Shown here one piece after another: positions 51,036-62,024 of a DNA stretch of 64,000 nt (position 1 is the stretch's first letter; the number at the start of each line of letters is the position of its first letter). A program made the translations under genes and the position numbers. Source of the stretch: Leucoraja ocellata (lineage: Eukaryota); assembly GCA_036785375.1 (NCBI GenBank), contig JAWMAR010000321.1:992001-1056000 (forward strand), in the 5' to 3' direction. The notes under the pieces are model-generated. The model ran no database searches and was not told the origin of the DNA. It saw nothing but the letters and a program-made list of their open reading frames with translations.

Positions 51036-51517
51036 GAGCACTTTGCCAGGTGTGTGAGCAGTCTCCAGTGAGTCTGGAGCTACCTCTGGAGTACAATGTT
51101 GTGTCCTTGATGGTTCCCTAAATAGCACTTACACATAGAATTCATCAGGTCTTCCCGTGACAACCAGATGAAAGTGATTTTCTGCATCTCAGTCCCAATT
51201 TATGATTGGAAGGATTCAAACATGCCTTGCCAATGTTTGTATCATTTGGTGCAGATCTGATTCCATGGAAACATAATACACAGTGGGCGAACTTGTGCCA
51301 GTTGTAAATTATGGAAGGACACATTTGGTTGGGATTCTCACCATCGTGTTTTATAAATCCTTCCAATAATAAATTGGGACTTCAAAATGCACAGAAAGAC
51401 AGAGAGCATAAGATGAGAAATTCTATGTGTTTTTTGGGAATCTATCAGTCACAATATGGCACTCCAAACATAGCTCCAGACTCACTAGAGACTTCTCACA
51501 CACATCCTAAAGTGCTC
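51036..51517. mobile_element. Old palindromic (foldback/MITE-like) element
   Basis: gagcacttt..gtgtgtgagcagtctccagtgagtctggagcta is the inverse of tagctccagactcactagagacttctcacacac..aaagtgctc; inner arms agtcccaatttat..ttggaaggatt / aatccttccaa..ataaattgggact. Confidence 0.75.
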
Positions 51518-51542
51518 TAACTGTGCTCAATGTAGCAGAGAT

Positions 51543-52000
51543 TATAACCATATAACAATTACAGCACGGAAACAGGCCATCTCGGCCCTTCTAGTCAGTG
51601 TCGAACACTTACTCTCACCTAGTGCCATCTACCTTCACTCAGACTATAACCCTCCATTCCTTTCCGTCCATATACCTATCCAATTTATTTTTAAATGATA
51701 AAATCGAACCTGCCTCCACCACTTCCACTGGAAGCTCATTCCACACAGCTACCACTCTCTGAGTAAAGAAGTTCCCCCTCATGTTACCCCTAAACTTAAT
51801 TCTCCAATCATGTCCTCTTGTTTGAATCTTCCCTACCCTCAATGGAAAAAGCTTATCCACGTCAACTCTGTCTATCCCTCTCATCATTTTACAGACCTCT
51901 ATCAAGTCCCCCCTTAACCTTCTGCGCTCCAAAGAATAAAGACCTATCTTGTTCAACCTTTCTCTGTAACTTAGGTGCTGAAACCCAGGCAACATTCTAG
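51543..52000 (-). mobile_element. Young CR1 3' fragment
   Basis: 118-aa ORF MLPGFQHLSYRERLNKIGLYSLERRRLRGDLIEV. Confidence 0.92.
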
Positions 52001-53486
52001 TAATTATCTTTTGGAAATTTTTACTACTGAGGATATCAGGTAATGGTGACTCTGCGCTAGTTGGAGGATCCTATACTTCAGTCTGGACATGGGCTGTCCC
52101 TGGCAGAACCCCACTCCTGTCCAGATTGCCTTCCTCTTATACTTTGTGGTATCTGCCTCAAAAGCAACTAAGCTTTTTATTATGCATTTATGGGTTTGAT
52201 AAATGTGTGTGTATGGGAGAGTGGGTTTGTCAGAGTCCGCACTGGGGAACAAATAATGTTTGTATGTCATAATGTTTGTATGTCAGCATGACATGTCAGC
52301 AAATTCCGAGTACAGTAGAGAGATCACCTTGGTCATGATTTCTGTCTAGAATTGTTTTATTGCCTTCCTCCTGGCATATATCTCTTTCATCACTATTTCA
52401 ATATCTTTTTCAGAGAACATTTGTGCTCTCTCCATGCAGTCTCCAAGCTGTCGCTACTTTCTATGACGTGTTATAATCGTGTTTCATAAATGTATATTGC
52501 TGCTATCTGTTTACTGTAGAGAGTGCACCTTGAAGGGTAGATGACTTCTCCTAGGCTGCACTGCAAAGTATTGGCAGCCACGATAAACTGGGAGTGCTCC
52601 TGTTAAGATCTGTTAGGATCAGTGTAAATTTCCTTGTAAGTAAGTCCTTTATATGCTAACAAGTGCTGGCTTTACGTGTTAACAAGTAGAACGGGATTAC
52701 TCCCTGTCTTAGACTGATGGCAAAAGAATTAGACGTTACTGCAATGATTCCAGGGTGTAAAATTACAGCATGTTTGCAATGATATATCTGCCATCAATGA
52801 AAAATTAGTTTATGTGTTTGGTTTAATGCCCAGAAGCATTTAAGACCCAAGAAATCGTGTACTTTGGGAGTTTGGGTGCAATTATTAAACATTTTTTCAG
52901 TTTCTGACAACTTCAAATAAAGAGTGGTAATTCTAATCTGGTCTTAAATGTCAAAACTGAAATATATCAATAAATTGTCTAGTTCCACTGAAGTCTGGAA
53001 CTTACATTTAACATTCCTATTCTCCACCTTGACATAAAAGTCTGGATATAAGCAACTAGATTTTTGGCAAGTATGTCGGGCAATTTATTGGGTTTTGACT
53101 AAGCCTGAAAGCAGCTTTTTTGTAAATTTGCCCATTACTTTTTGGCTTCTGATGACGTATAAAGTTCTTAAAGGTGCATTACATTCTCTTCAGGTTTTTT
53201 GATTATTCAGCGTCTAAATGGACAGCGCAATGAGGTTTTAATCAAGAAATCTTTTAGATAAAAAACTAAACTAAATGTTAAAAACAAAAATCATAAAGTG
53301 TTCAAGAAAATGTTGTTAATAGTGGGAGATAAATTTTACTCTGGTTTACTATCAGTTATCCTGAGGGCACTGTGAAATATTAGAATTTATTTAGAATTTG
53401 ACTCTGCGTGTAAACCTATTAGCAAGGTGTCCGTATGTTTAAGAAGATCCACTGGTTTGATATAGTCAGTGGAGGCCAGTAGAGAG

Positions 53487-54254
53487 ATTCAAGATTCAAG
53501 ATTCAAGATCCAAGATTCAATTTATTTGTCATTTGGACCCCTTGAGGTCCAAACGAAATGACGTTTCTGCAGCCATACCTTACAAACAAATAGACCCAAG
53601 ACACAGCAACACAACATAATTTACATAAACATCCATCACATCGCTGTGATGGAAGGCCAAAAAAACGTATCTCTCCACTGCACTCTCCCTCCCCGATGTC
53701 AGAGTCAAAGCCCCCGGCTGGCGATGGCGATTGTCCCGCGGCCATTAAAGCCACGCCGGGTGGTGCAAGGTCGCACACTGGGTCTTGATGTTGGAGCCCC
53801 CGGCGTGCGCTCGCAGAGTCCCGCGGCCATTCCAAGCCGCACAGGGCGGTGCTGTACCCGCTCCAGGAGTTCTTCAACCCCGCAACTCGGGCGGGAGAAG
53901 TCGCGGTGCGGGAGCCCTGAAAAGCGGTCTTCCTCCAGTGACCCGCGGGCTCCCGGTGCCGCCGTCCGCCAGACCCGCAGTTGCAGCCTCCGAATCTCCG
54001 GAGGTCGGGCCGCAGCAGCAGCAGCGCTCCACCACCGCTCGTTGCAGCCCCAACGACAACGGAGACCCGACAAAGAAATGGTCGGGTCTCCCGTGCAGGG
54101 AGAGATTAAAAGTTACCCCCTCCCTCCCACCCCCACCCCCTCCACACACACACCCCAACAAAAAATAACAAAAACTACATAAAAACATAGACAAAAATAA
54201 TAAAAACGCAGACGGGCTGCAGAGGCCGCTGCTGATGAGAGTCGCGCCGCCTAC
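53487..54254 (-). mobile_element. Full-length non-autonomous Rex-tailed element
   Basis: (ttcaaga)n tail; hairpin ttggaccc..ggtccaa; GC-rich body; T-rich segment near the 5' end. Confidence 0.8.
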
Positions 54255-54366
54255 GTAATAACAATCTTGTTGATACAATCTGCACGGCCTTCAAGGATAA
54301 CCCCCCCCCCCCTTCAATTTTACTTATTGCTGGGTATATAAATAACTAAATGCTTCATACGTCATT

Positions 54367-55040
54367 GGGTGGTGCCGTGAGCAACAGCCTTGCCAGCAAC
54401 GTGTTTGGCCTTACAACTTTGTTTGTTTTATAGTATGTCTAAATGTATGTTTTAGTGTGGGGGGGGGGGGGGGGGGGTGGTGGAAGGGGAATAGGGGGAA
54501 ACCGTTTTCAGTCACTTACCTCGACGGAGATGCGACTTTTCTCTTTGTCGCACCTTCGCTCCCCTCGCGGCCTAACAACTGATTTGGTGCAGCCTTTCTC
54601 GGAGACTGGCCCAGAACTTCAGTAACAGGCGCGGCGGACTTACCATCGCGGAGTGGGGCGATCCCTTGCCGGGGATCGCCAGAAGAAGTGCTCCGACCGC
54701 CGGCCTGCGGACTATAACATCATGAAGCCGCCGTCTCCGGTAAGAAAATGGCCAATTACAAGCCGACGTCAGAGTTTCGATCATCCCGACAAGAGGGCTT
54801 GTACATCGGGCTGTCCGTAGCGGCGACTACGGAGGGTTCATGGCCCTGACCACAGGTGAACAAAGGAGGAAGATTGACTGAACGTTATTACCTTCCACCA
54901 CAGTGATGAATATTGATTCCACTGTAGTGGTTATTTATGTTAAATGATACTGTGTATTGTGTTCTTTTTGGTTGTCTGGCTGCATGGTAACTCATTTCAC
55001 TGTACCTTAATTGGTGCATGTGACAAATAAACTTGAAATT
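54367..55040 (+). mobile_element. Full-length non-autonomous Rex-tailed element
   Basis: Homologous to 17718-18330; tail atttcactgtaccttaattggtgcatgtgacaaataaa resembles Rex tails at 44180-44225. Confidence 0.78.
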
Positions 55041-56869
55041 GGTTTAATAGAAATTCTAGTGAAGGCATTTTGAGAATAATGTTAATTAACTTAACAATGT
55101 ATTCACTGATAATTTTAAACAGATTCATTATCAATGGAGGTCTTCCTTTTCATTAGGTACATTCATTGCAAATCGTGCATCACACATGGGGGGTAACACA
55201 TGAGAACATGTATTTTTAACATGGAATGTATTACTGTTCGGTGGCTTTAATTGATTAATGCCTGTCTGATGTGTGTTTTGCTTCCTTGATGCGCTGATAC
55301 ATTGTAGATTTGGTAGGGATTAAATGGGGTGAATCTTGTGGTGGCCTAAGCGCCCTTGCTGGAATTTCTGCAGTTCTACTTACCCAGTCAGAATTGATGG
55401 TAGACAAAAAAGCTGGAGATGGGCTCTTTCCCACTGGCCCTCCACGTTTCACTAAAATTGCAATTGAGGCATTTTCAAAATGATTATATTGAATTAAATA
55501 TTTAATAAATGCAGTTTAAAAAAAAAATAACCGAGCAGTCATAAAACAACCAAAAATAATTAAATAAATTAAATAAAACAAACAATCGAAGCAGTGTGGA
55601 GTCTATTGTTAAGACGTGTCGAGGGTATCAGGCATGTAAACAAGGTAAAGAAGTTGGTGATCTAGATGGATATTACATGTTGTTCCCATAAAGTCAAACT
55701 TTTCTTTCTGTGTGTGGTAAAAAAATCAAACGTACATTTTAATCTTTTTCTCATAGCTTTGGCGAATGCAGTAGGTGCGATTACCGTTATAACTTAGTTT
55801 TGCTTTGGGTTGTCGCCTGGCCAATTGCTTATTTGAACAAACACACTTACAAATGTACTGGAAGTGACACTGAGCCATGGAAACTAGAATGTAGCGATAT
55901 GATGGCACATTCCAATGTAAAGAGATACGTGTACTAATTGTACTTCCTGTAGATTTATTTCGATTTAAAAAAAGGATGTGGGTGACCAGTAAAATTCCTG
56001 GACATTTCAATATATCAGTACATATTGAAGACAAGAGGCTGCCAGTGAAATTTGGCATTCACGGTGCTGTGTCAATTATATACAAACTGGAATTTGAGCA
56101 ACGTTGACCAAAAGCCACAGATAATTTAGGAATTCACCTGGTTTTTCTTTGTAGGGTAAGGATCAAGGTGGTAGGAATAAGCAAGTAAACTAACTTTGGT
56201 TTTACCTCCTGAATCTTTGAACTACAATTTGTGCTCAAGTCAAGGCTTCTCAGACCCAACGCCAGCTTCTAACCTGCTACAATATTTGAGTGAAAGTTCT
56301 CTGGTGTAATGCTGGGGACTCACTAACAAAGTAACTCTCCACTGCAGGGCTCCATCTGCTAGTGGCTTGGATTTTCATGTCTCACAGCACAAATGTATAA
56401 CTGCAGGATATAACTGCATTTCATTAGTATCATTCATTAATTTCATTAATGGTTCCAATTGGAATTGGCATGAAAATTCAGCTCAATATATCAGAATTCA
56501 CGGAAGTTAAAACCAGGGGAGGCAACCATTTGTGATTAGTGCGCTAGAGGTAGATTTAGTTAATATATTTGTGGAAGGATTCACATGTATTACTCTTTTG
56601 TTAGAAGTTTCTGAGAAGTTTCAAAAAGCTACTGCGCTAGCCTTAGGACTCTGTGTGAAAACTGCTTTGTAGCCCATGCACTCCAGTGCATGAGTGGTAA
56701 TAAATACGTCTTCACGACATGGCTGGCACATGGTTGTTCATTTCACACTGATGGCCGTGCTTTATGTAATTTCAACCTGGCACAAAGATATTTTATAATA
56801 CTTGGCAACGAGATGTAGCAAGGACATTTTGTGAAATTTATGGAAACTGCATTGAATTACATTAAAGCC

Positions 56870-57145
56870 ATCGAGTTATATAACACATAAACAGGCCCTC
56901 ACTCCAGCTTGCCCATTCCCACCAAGGTGTCTCATCTATAACTGCTCTCACCTGCCCATAGACCTCTAAACCTTTCCTATCCATGTACCAGTCCAAATGT
57001 ATTTTATATGTGGTTATAATTTCTGCCGCAACTACCTCCTTTGGCAGCTCATTCCACACACCACCCTCTGAGTGAAAAGGTTGCTCCTTAGATTCCTATT
57101 AAATCTTTCCTCCCTCGCCTTAAACCTATGTCCTCTGGTTCTTGC
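56870..57145 (-). mobile_element. CR1 3' fragment
   Basis: WNELPKEVVAAE..LDWYMDRKGLEVYG. Confidence 0.85.
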
Positions 57146-57444
57146 TTTAGTCTTTCACTTCAAACGACATTGCAGAATAGAAGGATTGATTCATTTTGCC
57201 GGCATCTGTGCAGGTTGCTGTACAACTGATATAATTCTTGCTGATTCCAATAAACCCATTTGAAGAGTTGGTACAACTAGTTAAGCAGCACAGTGCCCTA
57301 ATTCAATGGTGCATGTTTAATGGCTAGAACCAATATCCAATTGCAATTGTTGCAGTTATTGTAGATTTGAAATGAATTGCTGAATGCTGCAAACATGGAC
57401 CATAGTTGAAGGCAATGGTGGGGCGTTGCATAGTTTGTGGAATT

Positions 57445-57758
57445 TTAGTTTAGAGATATAGCGTGGAAACAGGCGCTTCGGCCCACCGAGTCTGCACCAA
57501 CCACCGATCCCCACACATCCCTCACACTATCCCACACACACTAGGCCAATTTACACATACACCAAGCCAATTAACCTACATACCTGTATATCTTTGGAGT
57601 GTGGGAGAAAACCGAAGATCTCGGAGAAAACCCACGCGGTCGAGGGGAGAACGTTCAAATCCGTACAGACATCATCTTGTAGTCGGGATCGAACCCGGGT
57701 CTCCGGCGCTGCAAACACTGGAAGGCAGCATCTGTACCGCTGCGCCACAGTGGCCCCC
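57445..57758 (-). mobile_element. Full-length HE1-like V-SINE
   Basis: Minus strand gggggccactgtggcgcagcggta..cccgggttcgatcccg. Confidence 0.9.
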
Positions 57759-58334
57759 CTAAATTCAAAGTGTGTGTGCTCGGAGATGGCTACTCTCTGA
57801 AACACTGAATTTCAAGCAGGTTTTTGATATTGCCTGGACAATGGAACTGTGATTAAATAAACACACAGATTGACAATATCACATTGCAAAGGCTCTGAAT
57901 GTTTACAAGGTAGGCACTAGGTCAACTACATCTTTAAGAGTAATCTGATGGGGAGAGATTATCATTGTGCCTGTATGTAATTTTGGATTTACAAATGCAA
58001 TGGGTCTGTTTACCAGAGGTCTGGTATAAAGAGGCATCTGTCAACAGTGTGCCTAACACAAAGCAGGACCATGGCTACCTCACGCAACCAAGCACTGCGT
58101 GGCCTATTATAAAGAAGAGTAAACAGTATTCGGTACCTGGACTCGAAAAAGGTGGTAATCTCAATGAATAACACAAACTTTTTTCTATTACTGAACATTT
58201 CACTATATTAATACACACTGAAGGCAAGAAAATGTCAATTCAATTTAATACCGCTGGAGCAGGAATTAAAGCAGCATTTTGATCAAAAGGTGTAGAAAAT
58301 TTAAGAATTCACTTGGCTTTCTTCATGTCTGAAT

Positions 58335-58765
58335 TGATTCAGATTCAAATTCAGATTCAATTTTAATTGCATTGTCAGTGTACAGTACAGAGACAACGAA
58401 ATGCATTTAGCATCTCCCTTGAAGAGCGACATAGCAAACGATTTGAATAAAAAATAATAAGTGTCCGGGGGGGGGGGGGGGGGGGGGGGGGGGTTGGTGA
58501 TTGGCAGTCACCGAGGTACGTTGTTGAGTAGAGTGACAGCCGCCGGAAAGAAGCTGTTCCTCGACCTGCTGGTTCGGCAACGGAGAGACCTGTAGCGCCT
58601 CCCGGATGGTAGGAGGGTAAACAGTCCATGGTTGGGGTGAGAGCAGTCCTTGGCGATGCTGAGCGCCCTCCGCAGACAGCGCTTGCTTTGGACAGACTCA
58701 ATGGAGGGGAGCGTGGAACCGGTGATGCGTTGGGCAATTTTCACCACCCTCTGCAATGCCTTCCG
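58335..58765 (-). mobile_element. Young Rex1/Babar LINE 3' end
   Basis: Open frame QRVVKIAQRITGSTLPSIE..SHPNHGLFTLLPSGRRYRSLRCRTSRSRNSFFPAAVTLLN*; (tgaatc)n tail. Confidence 0.92.
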
Positions 58766-58959
58766 GCATGAATTGAGAAAGGATCAAGGTGATAGGGATA
58801 AGTGAAGTTGTATTGAGAGGTGGGAAAGTTCCAGGGCAAGAATCCGATTTGATTTGCTTGAAGTTACTATCAAAGATAAAGTTTGATAGTGTAAGCATTA
58901 GTTTCTTCCTATGTATTTTGGCTGCTTCACTGAGAATATGCCCACTTCAAAGAAGTTCT

Positions 58960-59115
58960 CCTCCTCTCTCCGATAAGAGTTCTGCAACATCCTCTCCCTC
59001 TTTGATTCCTTCTCCACTCATTCATTTTTTCTATGCACCTTCTATATCTCTCATTTCCTCTCCATGACTCTCAGTCTAAAGAAGTCAGCAGTCCGAAAGG
59101 TCACCTATTCCTTCT
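58960..59115 (+). mobile_element. Decayed PLE 3' UTR/pLTR
   Basis: Pyrimidine-rich UTR then cagtctaaagaag..ccgaaaggtcacctattcc. Confidence 0.6.
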
Positions 59116-59119
59116 TTTT

Positions 59120-59340
59120 CTGCACAGAGAATGGTAGGTATATGGAATGAGCTGCCAAAGGAAGCTGGAGAGGTGGGTACAATTACAATATTTTAGAGAC
59201 ATGTGGACACGTACATGTCTAGAAAAGGATTAGAGTGATATGAGCCAAATGCAGACAGATGGAACTAGCTCTGATAGACACTTTGATTGGCATGGAGGAG
59301 TTAAGCTAAAGGGCCTGTTTCTGTGCCATATAACTTTGAG
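59120..59340 (+). mobile_element. CR1 3' tail
   Basis: cacagagaatggtaggtatatggaatgagctgcc..gggcctgtttctgtgc. Confidence 0.8.
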
Positions 59341-59737
59341 TCGGATAAGTTGGACAAAGATTCAAATACATACTCAGCAATACATTTGCACCTTGGACTG
59401 CTCCAAAACAGCTGACCTTCTCATGGAATAATGTCATCTCTGCACATTTTATTAAGGACTGTGGATAGTTTGATTCATGATTTTCCAAGTGTCATTTGGC
59501 TATTTGACTAAAATTAGGAACAAGAAGAAAATCTAAAAGATGTACCTTGATGATTCGAAGTAGCAGGAGAGCATTTGAGAAAAATTGCTGGCTTATATAT
59601 AGTCCAATAAAGTAATAGGTTTATTGATTGTGAAGAAGTCCTTTGAAAGCAGTGTTTGATACTCCTGGTCCAAACAAATTGATATAGTTTAAAGTGGATA
59701 ATTAAATGAGGACGCAGTGAGTTGAGTGCGAATCAGT

Positions 59738-59832
59738 CAGGCTGAAGAAGGGTCTCGACCCGAAACGTCACCCATTCCTTCTTTCCAGAGATGCTGCCTG
59801 TCCGGCTGAGTTACTCAAGCATTTTGTGTTTG
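59738..59832 (+). mobile_element. Short hammerhead-headed PLE-derived element
   Basis: Starts within a few nt of CTGAAGA; ends gagttactcaagcattttgtgt. Confidence 0.85.
59742..59773 (+). ncRNA. Minimal type I hammerhead ribozyme, intact core
   Basis: CTGAAGA(59742-48) A GGGT CTCG ACCC GAAAC GTC; predicted cleavage after 59769; stem I weak. Confidence 0.7.
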
Positions 59833-60100
59833 TGGTTTTAACAGGCCCATTTATGGAAAATATGATGATCATAATAGTAAATGCATATTCCGAGTATCGA
59901 ACAGAATTCTTCTGGGTACTTCTACTTCTCAAGCGATGAGTTTAAAGTTAAGAATGATATATAATATGCTTGATCTACCAAAGTTCCAGTGCAGTGGGCA
60001 ATGCAATCATCCAGACTGGTGCTGAACTTTGAAGGAATGAACTCAAGCATGTGCACACAGATTCAAATGGTCTGCAGGAAAGACCATCTGAGACTGAAAG

Positions 60101-60333
60101 TAGACAAAATTGCTGGATTGTTGGCAGCATCTATGGAGCGAAGGAAATAGGCAACATTTCGGACCGAAACCCTTCTTCAGACTGCTTGATCTGCTTGAAA
60201 CCCAGTCTGAAGAAGGTTTTTGGCCCGAAACGTTGCCTATTTCCTTCGCTCCATAGATGCTGCCGCACCCGCTGAGTTTCTCCAGCAATTTTGTCTACCT
60301 TCGATTTTCCAGCATCTGCAGTTCCTTCTTGAA
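60101..60333. mobile_element. Palindromic PLE-terminus insertion with two opposed hammerhead motifs
   Basis: 16-bp TSD catctga(g/t)actgaaag (60085-60100, 60334-60349); inverted arms around a short spacer. Confidence 0.9.
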
Positions 60334-60887
60334 CATCTGATACTGAAAGATGGACTGAGAAAAATGTACATTAAAATTGATTCAAAAGTTGCACACTTCT
60401 TATTTGATTCCGTATACAATTACAAGACAAATATCTGCAGAGTTACTGATAGTCAGACATCTCAGCATGCATTTGGATTTGGTGAGGCCACAGATTGGTG
60501 CTACTCTTTGTTCCAGACAGATGAAGCAGGAGATGCAACAGGACATCACCATTTGTTAGTAGATGTGTATTTAATGAAGTTTCCACATCTCTGACTGAAG
60601 CCGGCATAGTGAACGAGAACACACCTCAGGAACTAAGCACTTATGTCATAGCAGCACAACTGAGTTGCCTTGTATTGAGCAGGCAAGGATATTACCAGGT
60701 AGAATTAATCTGTAATTAGGGATATTTTAATTCTGAGGTTTTGTTGATAACATTGGACTTCTTTTGATGGTATCTTACATATATTTGAAAAAAGGTATAT
60801 ATGGTTTTCATCCAAATTAAGACAGAGGATGTATGAAAAACTTTGGGTGCTAGTACCTTGTTCATCACCTGTAATCTTATTGCTATC

Positions 60888-60906
60888 AACGCCCTCTAGT
60901 GGATGA
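60888..60906 (-). promoter_or_regulatory. Candidate CTCF binding site
   Basis: Minus strand CCACTAGAGGGCG (60902-60890) matches the CTCF core CCASYAGRKGGCR; lies outside any recognised repeat. Confidence 0.6.
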
Positions 60907-61804
60907 GTGGGAATAAAGGTAGCTGCTATCCACTCATAATGAGGACCTCATAAAGCAATCTATGAATGTTACGTAGATATTGAATGCTGTTACTATTGTA
61001 GCAGCAGGGAATTCTACTTAAAAGCAACCATCATTAAGTGATAAATTATGTTTCTGAGTGATGAAATAATTACAGAACTACTTTGAATAGAAATCCCTGA
61101 TGTGCCAAGAATAGAGTGTAATTCTCCAGGAATGCTACAGATCACGAGGTTAAACAAACATCAAAGTAGTCTATAAAGTAAGTGCAAGGAGAGAAAAGAT
61201 ATTTTAATTTCAACTTTATTTAACCATATTTGATTTGGGAATGCACAAGACTCAGAAGTGATAAATACGTGGCACATCATTAGAATTCACAAACAACTTG
61301 GTTTAACAGGAAATTAAGCCTGCAATCACAGAGTAATCCATGGAGCTCAGACGCAATTAAACCTCGTACCACGAGAGATTTGTAGATTTAAATGAACTAG
61401 AAAACAAGAGACGAATGAAGATATAAAACAAATGAATTAGAGAATAAACCTTAATGGCACCTCAGACTTTCTTTAGCTGAATACCGTCGCATGAATGCTG
61501 AAAACCGGCAAAGTCCAGATGAGGATTATTAGTAAACATTCAAAGAATGAGAAATGGCCTTTTGAAATCTAACAGGTGGAAAGGTGAACTGAACTAAATA
61601 TGAGGTCATGCAAGAATAAGTTAAAAGGATGATGAGAACCCTTGAAATAACAGTCCTGCCAAGGAATGATATTATGATAATATTCCAAATGTAAGAGGGT
61701 AATCAAAAAAGAGATGAGAACTCTAGAATTTTTTTTTTAAAGAGCCTTAAGTTAAGGGCCAGCATGATGCAATTAACATTGTAAATGAATACTTCCTTTC
61801 TATT

Positions 61805-62024
61805 GTTTAAGAAGGAACTGCAGATGCTGGAGAATCGAAGGTTACACAAAAAAGCTGGAGAAACTCAGTGGGTGCAGCAGCATCTATGGAGCGAAGGAAA
61901 TAGGCAACGTTTCGGGCGAAACCCTTCTTCAGACTGAAGAAGGGTTTCGGCCCGAAACGTTGCCTATTTCCTTCGCTCCATAGATGCTGCTGCACCCGCT
62001 GAGTTTCTCCAGCTTTTTTGTGTA
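61805..62024. mobile_element. Palindromic PLE-terminus insertion with two opposed hammerhead motifs
   Basis: 14-bp TSD acttcctttctatt (61791-61804, 62025-62038); near-perfect palindrome centred on 61933 (cttcag-a-ctgaag). Confidence 0.92.
61934..61964 (+). ncRNA. Minimal hammerhead ribozyme, intact core (mirror copy on the minus strand ~61903-61932)
   Basis: CTGAAGA A GGGT TTCG GCCC GAAAC GTT; predicted cleavage after 61961. Confidence 0.7.

Noticed and set aside
58466-58493. Long poly-G/C runs (also ~1567, 2347, 4886, 18445, 54459) as functional elements
   Set aside because: Mostly within TE UTRs, and homopolymer lengths are unreliable in assemblies
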